Of a stretch of 64,000 nt of DNA, positions 30,938-41,287 are shown piece after piece. The notes beneath the pieces were generated by a model. It saw only the letters and a list, made by a program, of their open reading frames with translations. It was not told where the DNA came from and made no database searches. The first letter of the stretch is position 1. Each line of letters starts with the position of its first letter. Made by a program: the position numbers and the translations under genes. Source of the stretch: Eubacteriales bacterium (GTDB lineage: Bacteria > Bacillota > Clostridia > Oscillospirales > CAG-272); the NCBI GenBank assembly GCA_045660325.1, contig JAZRDO010000023.1, positions 4,897 through 68,896 of the forward strand, in the 5' to 3' direction.

Positions 30938-33115
30938 TCAAGCGAGCGCGCAATATGTTTTTGAGCACTCAAGTCTTGTCTTTTTCGCGTCCGCGTAAAG
31001 CTCGACCGCCTCGCCGCAATCGTATTTTACGATACCGCAAACACTAATCTCGCAAAGAATATCAATAACGAGACGCAGCTTTATATAGCTTATTCTCTTT
31101 GAGCCCTCGCTGTTTATAATTCTGAAAAGATCACGGTAGCAGATGCCCGCCCCTACGTTTTCCTTTAAAAATCTGTACACGGAAGCCACGTCCGCACGTG
31201 TAATTTCCTCGCCGTCGGGAAGACGAATACTGCCCGATGCGATCATTTCCCCGTACTGCTCGGCATAGCCGACAAGCTCACCCTCATAACTCTCGGAGAG
31301 TCTTATCTCGGAGATAACGAGCTGAAGATTCTTCTCTCCGCGGAATTCATTTATGTTAAGCTTGCAAATTATATCCACACGATCGTTACGGCAGAACTTG
31401 AAATCAAAGCCGCCAACGCCGAAAAGAACTGCCTGAATGCTTCTTACACCGTCGGAAAGAATAAGCTTGGTATGCTTTCCTCCGCCGATAGTAAACACGC
31501 TCTGCACGAAAAGATCGCTCATCATAAACTGGGGCGTAGGATTCGCAACTCCGAAGGGCTCCATTTTTGACAGCTCGTTTGCCACCGATATATCCGCATC
31601 CGCAAGATCAAGCATACAATCCGCGTACGTTTTTTCAATGAAATCCCCGTCTCCGAGGCTCTCGCGCGCAAACTGATTTATCTTCGTCTTAAACTCGTCG
31701 ATACGGTCGCGACGTACGGAAAGTCCTGCCGCAAGCTCGTGTCCGCCATACTTTTCAAGACAGTCCTCACAGGATTTGAGCGCTTCACAAAGGTTTATTC
31801 CCTTAATACTTCTGCCCGATCCCTTACCGAGATCGTCGGGGCTCTGCTCATCACCCATAGAGCCGTCAAAGGAAATCAATATCGCGGGCAAGCCGTATCT
31901 TTCGGTAACGCGGGATGCCACGATACCTATAATACCGGGGTGCCAATGATCTCCCGCTATTACGATAATTTTATCATTCTTAAAGTCGTGTGTTCGGTCA
32001 ACTATCTCGTAAGCAGACTCCGCGATTTTGTTCTCCTCGGTCTGACGGAGAATGTTTATCTCACAAAGCTCGACCGCCTTTTCGTACGCTACGCCATAGC
32101 TTTCCGAAAGAAGAAGCTCCACCGCCTTCGTCGCGCTGCTGATTCTTCCCGCCGCGTTGATCCTCGGAGCAATACCGAAGCCGATATAGCCCGCGTCTAT
32201 CTTTCTTCTCTTTTGTACCGAAGAGCTCTTCGCAATCACAGGCTTCGCGTTGCTTACGTTTGTTGATGCCTCCATAAGAGCCGCAAGACCGATTCGGGGC
32301 TCATCGGACATTCTCTTGAGTCCCATACCTACAATAGCGCGGTTTTCATCGCAAAGCGGCATAACGTCCGCAACCGTACCGAGCGCCGCAAGGTCGGAAT
32401 AGGTATCGCATATTCTCTGCAAAACCACCTTCTCATCGGTATACAGGCTTCTGCTCAACTCCATAGCGCACACAAGCTTGAACACCACGCCAACGCCCGC
32501 AAGCTCGGGGAATGGATAGTCGCAATCGGGTCTGTGGGGATTTACCACAGCGCACACGTCGGGCAAAACCGAAAGACATTCGTGATGGTCTGTAACCACG
32601 GTCTCAATACCGAGACTCTTTGCATATTCAGTTTCCTCAGCCGCGGTAATACCCGTATCAACCGTAATAATAAGCTGTGTTCCGCTCGCCTTGAGGTTGT
32701 CGATAGCGCCTGCGGAAAGGCCGTAGCCCTCTCCCTCTCTTGAGGGGATGTAATAGTCAACGATAGCGCCTATGCTCTTTAAGTAGAGGTATAAAAGTGT
32801 AACCGAGGTTACGCCGTCAACGTCATAGTCGCCGTAAATAGTGATCTTCTCACCAATATCAAGCGCGTGGGAAATCCTGTCCACCGCCTTGTCCATATCC
32901 TTTAAGAGGAATGGAGAACGAAGCTTCTCAACTCCCGTGGAGAGGAAGTTCTTTGCATCCTTAGCATCTCTGCAGCCGCGATTGTACAGAATCTTTGCGC
33001 AGGTAAGCGAAAGTCCGATAGATACAGATATCTCCTCTATCGCGCGTCTCGCCTCGGCGCTTGCGTCATCGTACAACACACTCCAGAGCTTGCTCCTTGT
33101 TGTGCCGTTATTCAT
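30938..33115 (-). CDS. recJ: single-stranded DNA exonuclease RecJ
   Basis: YGDYDVDG, TDHH, GTVADV, PRINAAGR, GSGRS, GGHELAAG. Confidence 0.96.
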   Translation of the reverse strand: MNNGTTRSKLWSVLYDDASAEARRAIEEISVSIGLSLTCAKILYNRGCRDAKDAKNFLSTGVEKLRSPFLLKDMDKAVDRISHALDIGEKITIYGDYDVDGVTSVTLLYLYLKSIGAIVDYYIPSREGEGYGLSAGAIDNLKASGTQLIITVDTGITAAEETEYAKSLGIETVVTDHHECLSVLPDVCAVVNPHRPDCDYPFPELAGVGVVFKLVCAMELSRSLYTDEKVVLQRICDTYSDLAALGTVADVMPLCDENRAIVGMGLKRMSDEPRIGLAALMEASTNVSNAKPVIAKSSSVQKRRKIDAGYIGFGIAPRINAAGRISSATKAVELLLSESYGVAYEKAVELCEINILRQTEENKIAESAYEIVDRTHDFKNDKIIVIAGDHWHPGIIGIVASRVTERYGLPAILISFDGSMGDEQSPDDLGKGSGRSIKGINLCEALKSCEDCLEKYGGHELAAGLSVRRDRIDEFKTKINQFARESLGDGDFIEKTYADCMLDLADADISVANELSKMEPFGVANPTPQFMMSDLFVQSVFTIGGGKHTKLILSDGVRSIQAVLFGVGGFDFKFCRNDRVDIICKLNINEFRGEKNLQLVISEIRLSESYEGELVGYAEQYGEMIASGSIRLPDGEEITRADVASVYRFLKENVGAGICYRDLFRIINSEGSKRISYIKLRLVIDILCEISVCGIVKYDCGEAVELYADAKKTRLECSKTYCALA

Positions 33116-33251
33116 TTTTTCACCGTGTTTTTATGATAATACGGCAGATTGGTCCATTACCGCATTACCCGTCAAAACATTTATCCTTATTTTAATTTTC
33201 TTCAAATTCGGGGAGCGAAATCAAGTAAAATACACTTGATTTCGCTCATCT

Positions 33252-34853
33252 TTATTCGCGAAGGATAGCAAGAGCTACCTTCACTCCATCAACTGCGGCG
33301 CTCGTAATACCGCCGGCATAACCGGCTCCCTCGCCGCAAGGGTAAATATTTCTTTTGCCAATGGCTTGCATATCCTCGCCTCGCAGGATTCTTACGGGAG
33401 AGGACGTTCTCGTCTCAGCTCCGAGCAGGATCGCATCATCCGCTCCAAAGCCGCGTATTTTTCTGTCAAATGCCGAAATACCGAATCTCAATCTCTCGCA
33501 AACGTAATCGGGAAGCACCCCGTCCATTTCGGCAAGTATGTATTTATTTCCTCCCATATACGTGGGAGTAACTCTTGTGGGGGCTGTGCCCCTCTTATTT
33601 TTAAGAAAGTCGCCAACCGTCTGAAGCGGACAGGAATAGTCTTTGCCTCCCGCTACGAATGCGGCTCTCTCTATTTTTCTTTGAAATTCAATGCCGCCAA
33701 GCGCCGCCGAGCCCTCGTACGGCTCAACGTCTGACAGCTTTATGGATACCGCGATCGCGGAATTGGAATTTCTGCCGTCTCTCGCGTAATGGCTCATACC
33801 GTTTACGACAACGCCGCCCTCCTCGGACGCCGCCGCCATAACCTCTCCACCCGGACACATACAAAACGTATATACTCCGCGGTCACCCGTAGTGTCGGAG
33901 AGCGCGTATTCCGCCGCACCGAGATTTTTATTGCCCGCGTGCTCGCCGAAAAGACCGTATTCAATATCTTCTCTTAAATGCTCGATTCTCACGCCCACCG
34001 AAAAGGGCTTGGGAACGACCGCAAAATTATCCTGAACAAGCGTATAATAAGTGTCTCTCGCACTGTGGCCAAGCGCTAAAACACAGGACGAGCAGAGAAA
34101 ATCTCCCTTTGTTGTGTGCGCCACTATTCCATCCGCGGTCTCGTCAACCGAGAGAAGCTTGCATCTGTAAATAACCCTGCCGCCCAGGCTCTCAATCCTG
34201 TCAAGGAGCTTCTGAACCACGATACGAAGCTTGTCCGTACCGATATGCGGCTTTGCCTTCGTCATTATCTCGTCGGGCGCGCCGAAGGAATGAAGACGCT
34301 CGAGCACGTAGTCGACGAGAGGATCGTTTATTCTCGTCAGCAGCTTACCGTCGGAAAACGTACCCGCACCGCCCGCGCCGAACTGAATATTGGACTCGGT
34401 ATCAAGAATACCCGTAGAATAGAATTTTTCAACCGCCGCAACTCGATCCGTAACACTGTCGCCTCGGTCGATGATTATAGGGCGAAAGCCATTCTCCGCC
34501 AAAAGCAGAGCCGAAAAGAGTCCCGCAGGACCCATACCCACCACGAGTGGCGGATGCTCGGGAGCTTTCCTGATCTTGCCGATGTTGAGCTTTTCGGCAT
34601 CGACCTCGCGGAGCTTTAAGGCATCCCCCTTCACTCTTATGGGCTTATCATTTTTGGGAGTCAAGGTAAACGAGCAGACAAACTTTATACTATCTCGCTT
34701 TCTCGCATCAATAGATTTCTTGTAAAGACTAAGATCGTACGACGAGCTGTCCATACCTGCCGCGCGAAGCTTTTTTCTCGCAATATCAAGGATCTCGTTT
34801 TCATTCAGATCTATGTCCGCCTTGACTCCGTCAAGTATATATTTTTTTGTCAT
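33252..34853 (-). CDS. FAD-dependent oxidoreductase, uncharacterised family
   Basis: GMGPAG, GAGTFSDGKL, FCMCPGG, ETRTSSP, GEGAGYAGGI. Confidence 0.88.
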   Translation of the reverse strand: MTKKYILDGVKADIDLNENEILDIARKKLRAAGMDSSSYDLSLYKKSIDARKRDSIKFVCSFTLTPKNDKPIRVKGDALKLREVDAEKLNIGKIRKAPEHPPLVVGMGPAGLFSALLLAENGFRPIIIDRGDSVTDRVAAVEKFYSTGILDTESNIQFGAGGAGTFSDGKLLTRINDPLVDYVLERLHSFGAPDEIMTKAKPHIGTDKLRIVVQKLLDRIESLGGRVIYRCKLLSVDETADGIVAHTTKGDFLCSSCVLALGHSARDTYYTLVQDNFAVVPKPFSVGVRIEHLREDIEYGLFGEHAGNKNLGAAEYALSDTTGDRGVYTFCMCPGGEVMAAASEEGGVVVNGMSHYARDGRNSNSAIAVSIKLSDVEPYEGSAALGGIEFQRKIERAAFVAGGKDYSCPLQTVGDFLKNKRGTAPTRVTPTYMGGNKYILAEMDGVLPDYVCERLRFGISAFDRKIRGFGADDAILLGAETRTSSPVRILRGEDMQAIGKRNIYPCGEGAGYAGGITSAAVDGVKVALAILRE

Positions 34854-34858
34854 CTGAA

Positions 34859-35911
34859 TCAACTGTTTTTCGTTATTGTGATAGTGATCATAATCGACGA
34901 TGCGCCACCCTCAAGAGCATCTCTGTCAAGCTTTAAGCCCGCAAGCAAATCACTGTCGGAAATTATTTTTACTACTGTTCCGCTATTCAGCTCATCCTCG
35001 GTAAGAACAAGAGGGATCTTGAAGCTCTTAACCGCATCCGTTTGTATGAACGTCGGATCTCCGATAACCGAAATGGAGGCGTGATCCACCGTCACGGTGT
35101 ACTTGCTTGCATCAACGGGTGCGCCGCCCGAGAGCACGGACACGCCTACGTGAGTCTTGGCATAGATAGGCACCTCGACTCTTATATCACTCGTTGAGTA
35201 TGTAATAACGGTGTCGTCATAGGGCATATATTCTCCGTTAACATCACAGAAATCAAGCTTGAAGCCCGTATACGTTGTGCTTGTATGGAAGGGATTGCTG
35301 TCGGAAATGCGGAACTGAGCCTTGTCAATCGAGTTAACGATCGCGCGAGGACCCGTAATTCTTACCTTATCGGCAGACTTTGTTATGTTGCCGAGAATAT
35401 AGGGCGTCGTGATACCGGCGTTTACCACCTCAAGCGGCACCTCGTCGGAAAATACCTCGTCAGAATAGATCGTTACGTTCTGGGGCTGAATGCTCTCAAC
35501 GGAAAGCTTTACGGAAGAATCTCCGGGAAGAACCGTTTTAACGTCGATCGTGTGCTTGCCCGAGCCCGAAATATTACTTACGTCAACCGTAACCTTGTAA
35601 TCGGACGCGCTGAACTTCTTTATATCTCTGTTAGTTCCCTTGACAACGATAGTGATCTCCTGCGTGTCAAGACCGTAAACCATCTGTCCCGTCTCCGCCT
35701 TAAGAGTTTCCTCGCCGACAACGTCGAGCGCAACCTTGATCTCGGTCGTAACGTCGTCGTCGTTGATATTAACGAAATAGATCCACATAAAGAACGCGAA
35801 AACAAGACAAATAATTCTTGCGATAATGTCAAGCTTTCTCTTTTTTGAGGAAGCTACGATGATGCCGTCGCCGTTGGCATCAGAGTCATATATGAAATTA
35901 TGTTGTTTCAT
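34859..35911 (-). CDS. cdaR: CdaR/YbbR-like diadenylate cyclase regulator
   Basis: Single TM helix followed by beta-rich YbbR-like repeats; directly after cdaA. Confidence 0.8.
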   Translation of the reverse strand: MKQHNFIYDSDANGDGIIVASSKKRKLDIIARIICLVFAFFMWIYFVNINDDDVTTEIKVALDVVGEETLKAETGQMVYGLDTQEITIVVKGTNRDIKKFSASDYKVTVDVSNISGSGKHTIDVKTVLPGDSSVKLSVESIQPQNVTIYSDEVFSDEVPLEVVNAGITTPYILGNITKSADKVRITGPRAIVNSIDKAQFRISDSNPFHTSTTYTGFKLDFCDVNGEYMPYDDTVITYSTSDIRVEVPIYAKTHVGVSVLSGGAPVDASKYTVTVDHASISVIGDPTFIQTDAVKSFKIPLVLTEDELNSGTVVKIISDSDLLAGLKLDRDALEGGASSIMITITITKNS

Positions 35912-35929
35912 TTATCTTCCCTCCGTGCC

Positions 35930-36883
35930 TTATTCTTCCTCGGCTTCATCAACACCGCGAAGCTCGTCGTTTATAATGAGTGTTTCGTCCTTAATGGTCT
36001 TGGATACCATATCCTGAACCGTCTTACCTGTCATAAGCTTAAAGAGGTCATCACGAAGATCCGTGGACTTGCGCTTGCCTCCCGCTCCGATATCGTTATA
36101 GTTGCGCTTCAATATCTTGTTGTTAGCAACCGAAATATTGCCCGTTTCCTCGGATACTACGACTACTATCGCATCACTAACCTCGCTTATCTTAAGCGCG
36201 GCTCTGTGTCTTGTGCCAAGTCCCTCAACGATATCGTCGTTCTCGGAAATAGTCTTGGACTTGCTGGATGCCGCAATAATACGTCCGTCACGAATAATGA
36301 CCGCACCGTCGTGAAGCGGAGACTTATTTACAAAGATATTGCAAAGGAGCTGACGGGACACTACCGCGTCAAGCTTTGTTCCCTCGCTCATCTGATTTCT
36401 GAGTCTGCCGAATCTCTCGATCACGATAAGCGCACCCTCGCCCTTCTGGGACAGCTCGAATGCCGCCGCGGATATTTCCTCTACAAGCTTGAGCGTCTGC
36501 TCATCCTCAGCATTCGCGCGCTTTGCCTTTTTCTTGAAATAAATGGACGTAGATCCCACGTTTTCAAGAACGTCACGAAGCTCAGGCTGAAAAATTACGC
36601 ATATCGCCATAATGCCGACCGCGTAGAAATTCTTCAAAATAGAGCTTATCGCTATCATATTGAGAAGGTCGCTGACAACGTATACGAGAACCATAAGCAC
36701 TACGCCGAGCGCCAATCTTGTAGCGCGTCGCTCACGGATAAACTTGTACACCGTATAAATAAGCACCGAAAGTATAAGTATATCAAGAATATCGATCAGC
36801 GTGATATTTGAGATCGGGAACACAATATAATTCTTCAAAAACGCAACTATATTGCTCCAAAAATTTTGAAAATTAAGTGTCAT
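35930..36883 (-). CDS. cdaA: membrane diadenylate cyclase
   Basis: Three TM helices, IFQPELR, PLHDGA, GTRHRAA, VSEETG. Confidence 0.95.
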   Translation of the reverse strand: MTLNFQNFWSNIVAFLKNYIVFPISNITLIDILDILILSVLIYTVYKFIRERRATRLALGVVLMVLVYVVSDLLNMIAISSILKNFYAVGIMAICVIFQPELRDVLENVGSTSIYFKKKAKRANAEDEQTLKLVEEISAAAFELSQKGEGALIVIERFGRLRNQMSEGTKLDAVVSRQLLCNIFVNKSPLHDGAVIIRDGRIIAASSKSKTISENDDIVEGLGTRHRAALKISEVSDAIVVVVSEETGNISVANNKILKRNYNDIGAGGKRKSTDLRDDLFKLMTGKTVQDMVSKTIKDETLIINDELRGVDEAEEE

Positions 36884-36921
36884 TATGTTACCACCTTTCA
36901 AGGTGTAATAGATTTTTAAAA

Positions 36922-38361
36922 TTATCTTCTGAGCATCTTATACTTGATGTCCCAAAGCTTTTGAGAAAGGTCAACGTAATAGTTGTGGGGATTTGTAAAT
37001 CTCTTCACCTCATCCCACATACCCTCGATCTCGGCTTCCTTACGCGCGCGGATCTCCTCAAGGGTAGGAAGCTTATAGCAAAGCTCACCGTGGTCAAACA
37101 CCTTCACGAGAAGCTCCTCGGCTACGAAGTTATCAAGAGTTTTTCTCTTCCACGTATGATCAGGATCGAATATTTCAATAGGCTTCGTATCGTCAATGAT
37201 CTCATCGTGAAGACAAATGAGGTCCGCCTCCGCCTTGCCCGTGTCTCTTCCGCGAAGTCTGTAAACCTTCTTGAAATGAGGAGTTGTGATCTTGCCTACG
37301 TTTTCGCTTATCTTGATCTTGGGTATAATGTTACCTTCTCCGTCCTCGATAGCGCAAAGCTTATAAACCGCGCCGAATACAGGATGGCTCTTTGAGGTAA
37401 TAAGTCGCTCGCCTACGCCGAAGGCATCAACCTCAGCGCCCTGACGGATAAGCTCTCTGATTATATATTCATCAAGCGAGTTGGAAACTATGATCTTACA
37501 CTTGGTCCAGCCCGCATCGTCAAGCATCCTTCTGACCTTCTTTGAAAGGTAGGTAATGTCGCCCGAGTCGATTCTGATACCGCAATTTTCAATTCCGCGA
37601 GGCTTTAATACCTCGTTGAAAACGCGGATCGCATTCGGAATACCCGACTCGATTACGTTGTATGTATCAACAAGAAGAGTTGCATTATTGGGATATATCT
37701 CACAGTACGTTTTGAACGCCTCGTATTCGGTGTCAAACATCTGTACCCACGCGTGAGCCATAGTGCCCGTTGCGGGAACTCCGAAAAGCTCGTCGGAGAT
37801 AGCGCAGGCGGTAGAGTTACATCCGCCTATATACGCAGATCTCGCGCCGTACATTGCAGCGTCAGCGCCCTGTGCTCTGCGGGAACCGAATTCGGATACC
37901 GCGCGTCCCTTTGCGGCTCTTGTGATTCTCGCCGCCTTAGTTGCGATAAGCGACTCGTGATTTATGATCATAAGAATAAACGTCTCGATAAACTGCGCTT
38001 CAATTGCAGGAGCGCGTACAGTAATAAGCGGCTCGCCTGGGAAAACAACCGTACCCTCGGGGATAGCCCACATATCTCCCGTAAACCTGAAGCCCTTGAG
38101 ATATTCAAGAAATTCCTCGGAGAAGAGATTCTTGCCTCTGAGATACTCGATATCCTCGTCGTCAAAGCAAAGATCCTGCACGTATTCGATTATATGCTCA
38201 AGACCCGCCGCAATAGCGTATCCGCCGCCGTCGGGATTATTTCTGTAAAACACGTCGAAATAAACCGTACGGTCCTTTATTCCGCAAAGAAAATATCCGT
38301 TGCTCATCGTCAGCTCGTAAAAGTCTGTAAGCATTGTAAGATTTCTTTTAATGTCCTTCAT
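36922..38361 (-). CDS. pncB: nicotinate phosphoribosyltransferase
   Basis: LTDFYELTM, EFGSRR, GTMAH, LVDTY, RIDSGD, FGVGE. Confidence 0.95.
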   Translation of the reverse strand: MKDIKRNLTMLTDFYELTMSNGYFLCGIKDRTVYFDVFYRNNPDGGGYAIAAGLEHIIEYVQDLCFDDEDIEYLRGKNLFSEEFLEYLKGFRFTGDMWAIPEGTVVFPGEPLITVRAPAIEAQFIETFILMIINHESLIATKAARITRAAKGRAVSEFGSRRAQGADAAMYGARSAYIGGCNSTACAISDELFGVPATGTMAHAWVQMFDTEYEAFKTYCEIYPNNATLLVDTYNVIESGIPNAIRVFNEVLKPRGIENCGIRIDSGDITYLSKKVRRMLDDAGWTKCKIIVSNSLDEYIIRELIRQGAEVDAFGVGERLITSKSHPVFGAVYKLCAIEDGEGNIIPKIKISENVGKITTPHFKKVYRLRGRDTGKAEADLICLHDEIIDDTKPIEIFDPDHTWKRKTLDNFVAEELLVKVFDHGELCYKLPTLEEIRARKEAEIEGMWDEVKRFTNPHNYYVDLSQKLWDIKYKMLRR

Positions 38362-38390
38362 GATCCTTCTCCTGTTTAGTATTGCGTTTT

Positions 38391-39194
38391 TTATTTTTTG
38401 CTTTTATTTTTGTCCGTTAATTCAAATGCCTTTATGATGGCGAACACCATAACCGTATATGCCAAAACTCCGCAAGCGATATCCGAAGCGTAAGTGGCGA
38501 CCGTGTCTATCACGTCGGGCAAGGTCTTAATGAAAAGCCCGTTGATCAGCATGTCAAGCTCCGCGCGGAGAGATAAGAGTATCTTCGATACGAGGATCAC
38601 TCCTCCACCCACAAGGCATCCGCGAAGCAAGGGATTTTTAATATCTATCAATTTCTTAAAGGGATAGACCCAATGGTCCATATCCGGATAGCCGTTCTTC
38701 CCTGCCGAAAGCTTTGCCTCAAAATACGCCTCGCGATATTTGATAACACCTGTCCTCGCGATAAAGAAGAACACGGTAAATTGGATCACCTCAAGTACCG
38801 AGGGGAGAATTATGGTCCAGAGTGAATCCTCAATAAGTCCGTTGTTAAATGCGGGAATACCGCCGTTTACCACCCAATAAATTATCTGAACTACCGCACA
38901 CTTGATAAGCGCGGAGACGGAGCATAGGATAAACACCTCACCGTAAGCGGCGCTGCCGTTCTTGTAAATCAAAAATACCGTGATCGCATAGATCAGAGAA
39001 ATTCCGCATACCTCAAATACCTTACCGAGAAAATTTACGAGATTCGGTAATACCGTATCCATATATTTTACGTCGGAGCTAACGACTGAAAAAATCGGAA
39101 TAGTCACCAAATAAAGCACGTAAAACACACAAATGGCGACAAGTAAAATTCTATATGCAGTTTTTATATTTTTATTTGTCTTTGTGTTTTTCAT
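38391..39194 (-). CDS. hypothetical multi-pass membrane protein
   Basis: About six hydrophobic segments, co-oriented with pncB. Confidence 0.75.
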   Translation of the reverse strand: MKNTKTNKNIKTAYRILLVAICVFYVLYLVTIPIFSVVSSDVKYMDTVLPNLVNFLGKVFEVCGISLIYAITVFLIYKNGSAAYGEVFILCSVSALIKCAVVQIIYWVVNGGIPAFNNGLIEDSLWTIILPSVLEVIQFTVFFFIARTGVIKYREAYFEAKLSAGKNGYPDMDHWVYPFKKLIDIKNPLLRGCLVGGGVILVSKILLSLRAELDMLINGLFIKTLPDVIDTVATYASDIACGVLAYTVMVFAIIKAFELTDKNKSKK

Positions 39195-39423
39195 TTTAGG
39201 GTATGCCTCGCTCAAAAGATAGGGATAGTTATTATAATTATAACATAATATATATAGGAATTCGTGTTTATTTTGTGAACAAAATCCCCTTTTTTCACTT
39301 TTTTACAAGTTTTTTTGAAAAATCGGATATCTTTTTACGCCACAAGGAAAATTTGCCCCGAAACTTTATGCAAAAAAGCGCATATACCACTAATGAGGCA
39401 AATACGAATGAAAGGTGCATTTT

Positions 39424-39870
39424 ATGAATAATCAAGACACAACACCTATTAGAATCAGGAACGATTCCACCCCCACGGGAGTGGGCTACGTAATAGTAAA
39501 CGTAACCACCGCACGGGGCGCGATCCCACTCCCAGGCGCGACCGTACGCATTTTTAATTACGAGGACGGCGGAGATAACGGCGCGCTGATTATCACGTCA
39601 AAAACCGACTCGTCGGGCAGGACCGAAAAAATTCCTCTCCCTGCGCCCCCGAGGTCAGCTTCACTCTCTCCCGGAAACGGAAAATCATATCGGACGTACA
39701 ATATCGACGCGCAGTACGACGGTTACTACAACCAATACTACATAAACGTTCCTGTCTTTGACGGCATCACGGCGGTGCAGAACGTTGATTTAGTCCCAAT
39801 AGCCGAAAACGGCACGGACACGACGCTTGACTCAAGGTTCTACCAAAACGAAAATCCCAATCTTGAATAG
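39424..39870 (+). CDS. stand-alone homologue of the SleC N-terminal (carboxypeptidase-regulatory-like) region
   Basis: AIPLPGATV...TDSSGRTEKIPLPAPP...FDGITAVQ pattern, directly upstream of the SleC catalytic gene. Confidence 0.7.
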   Translation: MNNQDTTPIRIRNDSTPTGVGYVIVNVTTARGAIPLPGATVRIFNYEDGGDNGALIITSKTDSSGRTEKIPLPAPPRSASLSPGNGKSYRTYNIDAQYDGYYNQYYINVPVFDGITAVQNVDLVPIAENGTDTTLDSRFYQNENPNLE

Positions 39871-39879
39871 GAGAAGAAT

Positions 39880-41274
39880 ATGCCGAACATCCCGTATATA
39901 CCCGAGTTTGTTACAGTTCACTTAGGCGCTCCCGATTCAAACGCGCAGAACGTAACCCTGCCCTTTGCGGATTACATAGCGAACGTAGCATCCTCGGAAA
40001 TTTACCCCACCTGGCCGGAGAGCGCTCTGCGAGCAAATATCTTGGCGCAGATATCCTTTACGCTGAATAGAATTTACACCGAATACTACCGTTCCCGCGG
40101 ATATGATTTTGACATCACCAATTCAATCGCGATCGACCAATCCTTCGTAAACGGAAGAGATATTTTCTCAAATGTCAGCGAGATCGTAAACGAGATCTTT
40201 GACAACTATATCGTGCGGGGAAACAACGTCGAGCCCCTCTTTGCGACCTATTGCGACGGCGTCGAGGTTACCTGCAACGGCCTCTCTCAATGGGGCTCGG
40301 TAACCCTTGCGGAGCAAGGTCTTACACCCTACGAGATACTCCAATATTACTACGGAGACGACATAAATATCTCCGAGGCGGAGGATATTCGCGGTATCAC
40401 GGAAAGCTACCCGCGTTTTCCCCTCGCCGTCGGCAGCACGGGAGATGACGTACGCCGCATACAGATAAGGCTCAACCGCATATCCGACAATTTCCCCGCA
40501 ATACCGAAGATCCCCGCTCCGTACGGTATTTTCTCGTTTGATACCGAAGAGGCAGTTCGGGAATTTCAGCGCATTTTCAATCTCACTCCCGACGGAATTA
40601 TCGGCAAGGCAACGTGGTACGAAATACAAAAAATATACGCGAGCGTCAAGAGACTCAATGACGTAAGCTCCGAGGGTATTGCGCTTGAGGAGGTAACGAA
40701 TCAGTTCCCCGAGACACTGCAACTCGGCGACCGCGGAATCGGTGTCAGCTCGCTTCAGTACTACCTCGCATATATATCGCAATTCTACGATACGATAACG
40801 CCTACGGCTATCGACGGAGTGTTCGGCGCGGGTACGGAGAGCTCGGTCATCTCGGCACAGAACACCTTCGGTCTTACCCCCGACAGAGTAGTCGGAGAAG
40901 CAACGTGGAACGCCATCTACAACGCATATCTTGGCATCGTCAACACCATTCCCGTAAAGTACACAGAGGGTAACGCGATCCCCTTTCCGGGCGTATTTTT
41001 AAGAGTCGGAATAGAGTCCGAGGACGTCCGCGTTTTGCAGGAATATCTACGCTTTATTTCAGACTACTATCCCGAAATTCCTCCCGTAAATCCGACGGGA
41101 TATTTCGGCTATCAGACCGAGGCGGCGGTCGAGGCGGCGCAGTCACTCGCAGGTCTTGAGCCGAACGGGATCGTAGGGCCCGTAACGTGGCTTGAAATAG
41201 CGCGACTTTATAGTGATCTTTACAACGGAACACGACTCAACGAGGGTCAGTACCCGGGCTTTGCGCCGCAGTGA
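39880..41274 (+). CDS. sleC: SleC-like spore cortex-lytic enzyme with several peptidoglycan-binding domains
   Basis: IPEFVTVHLG, NVASSEIYPTWP, LNRIYTEYYR, YCDG, GLSQWGS, three PG_binding_1-like repeats (DGIIGKATW, VVGEATW, NGIVGPVTW). Confidence 0.85.
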   Translation: MPNIPYIPEFVTVHLGAPDSNAQNVTLPFADYIANVASSEIYPTWPESALRANILAQISFTLNRIYTEYYRSRGYDFDITNSIAIDQSFVNGRDIFSNVSEIVNEIFDNYIVRGNNVEPLFATYCDGVEVTCNGLSQWGSVTLAEQGLTPYEILQYYYGDDINISEAEDIRGITESYPRFPLAVGSTGDDVRRIQIRLNRISDNFPAIPKIPAPYGIFSFDTEEAVREFQRIFNLTPDGIIGKATWYEIQKIYASVKRLNDVSSEGIALEEVTNQFPETLQLGDRGIGVSSLQYYLAYISQFYDTITPTAIDGVFGAGTESSVISAQNTFGLTPDRVVGEATWNAIYNAYLGIVNTIPVKYTEGNAIPFPGVFLRVGIESEDVRVLQEYLRFISDYYPEIPPVNPTGYFGYQTEAAVEAAQSLAGLEPNGIVGPVTWLEIARLYSDLYNGTRLNEGQYPGFAPQ

Positions 41275-41287
41275 TTAGGGAGGAAGA

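Noticed and set aside
39868-39870. Genome-wide TAG recoding
   Set aside because: No conserved gene in the window has an internal TAG, and the CarD gene ends normally at TAG.
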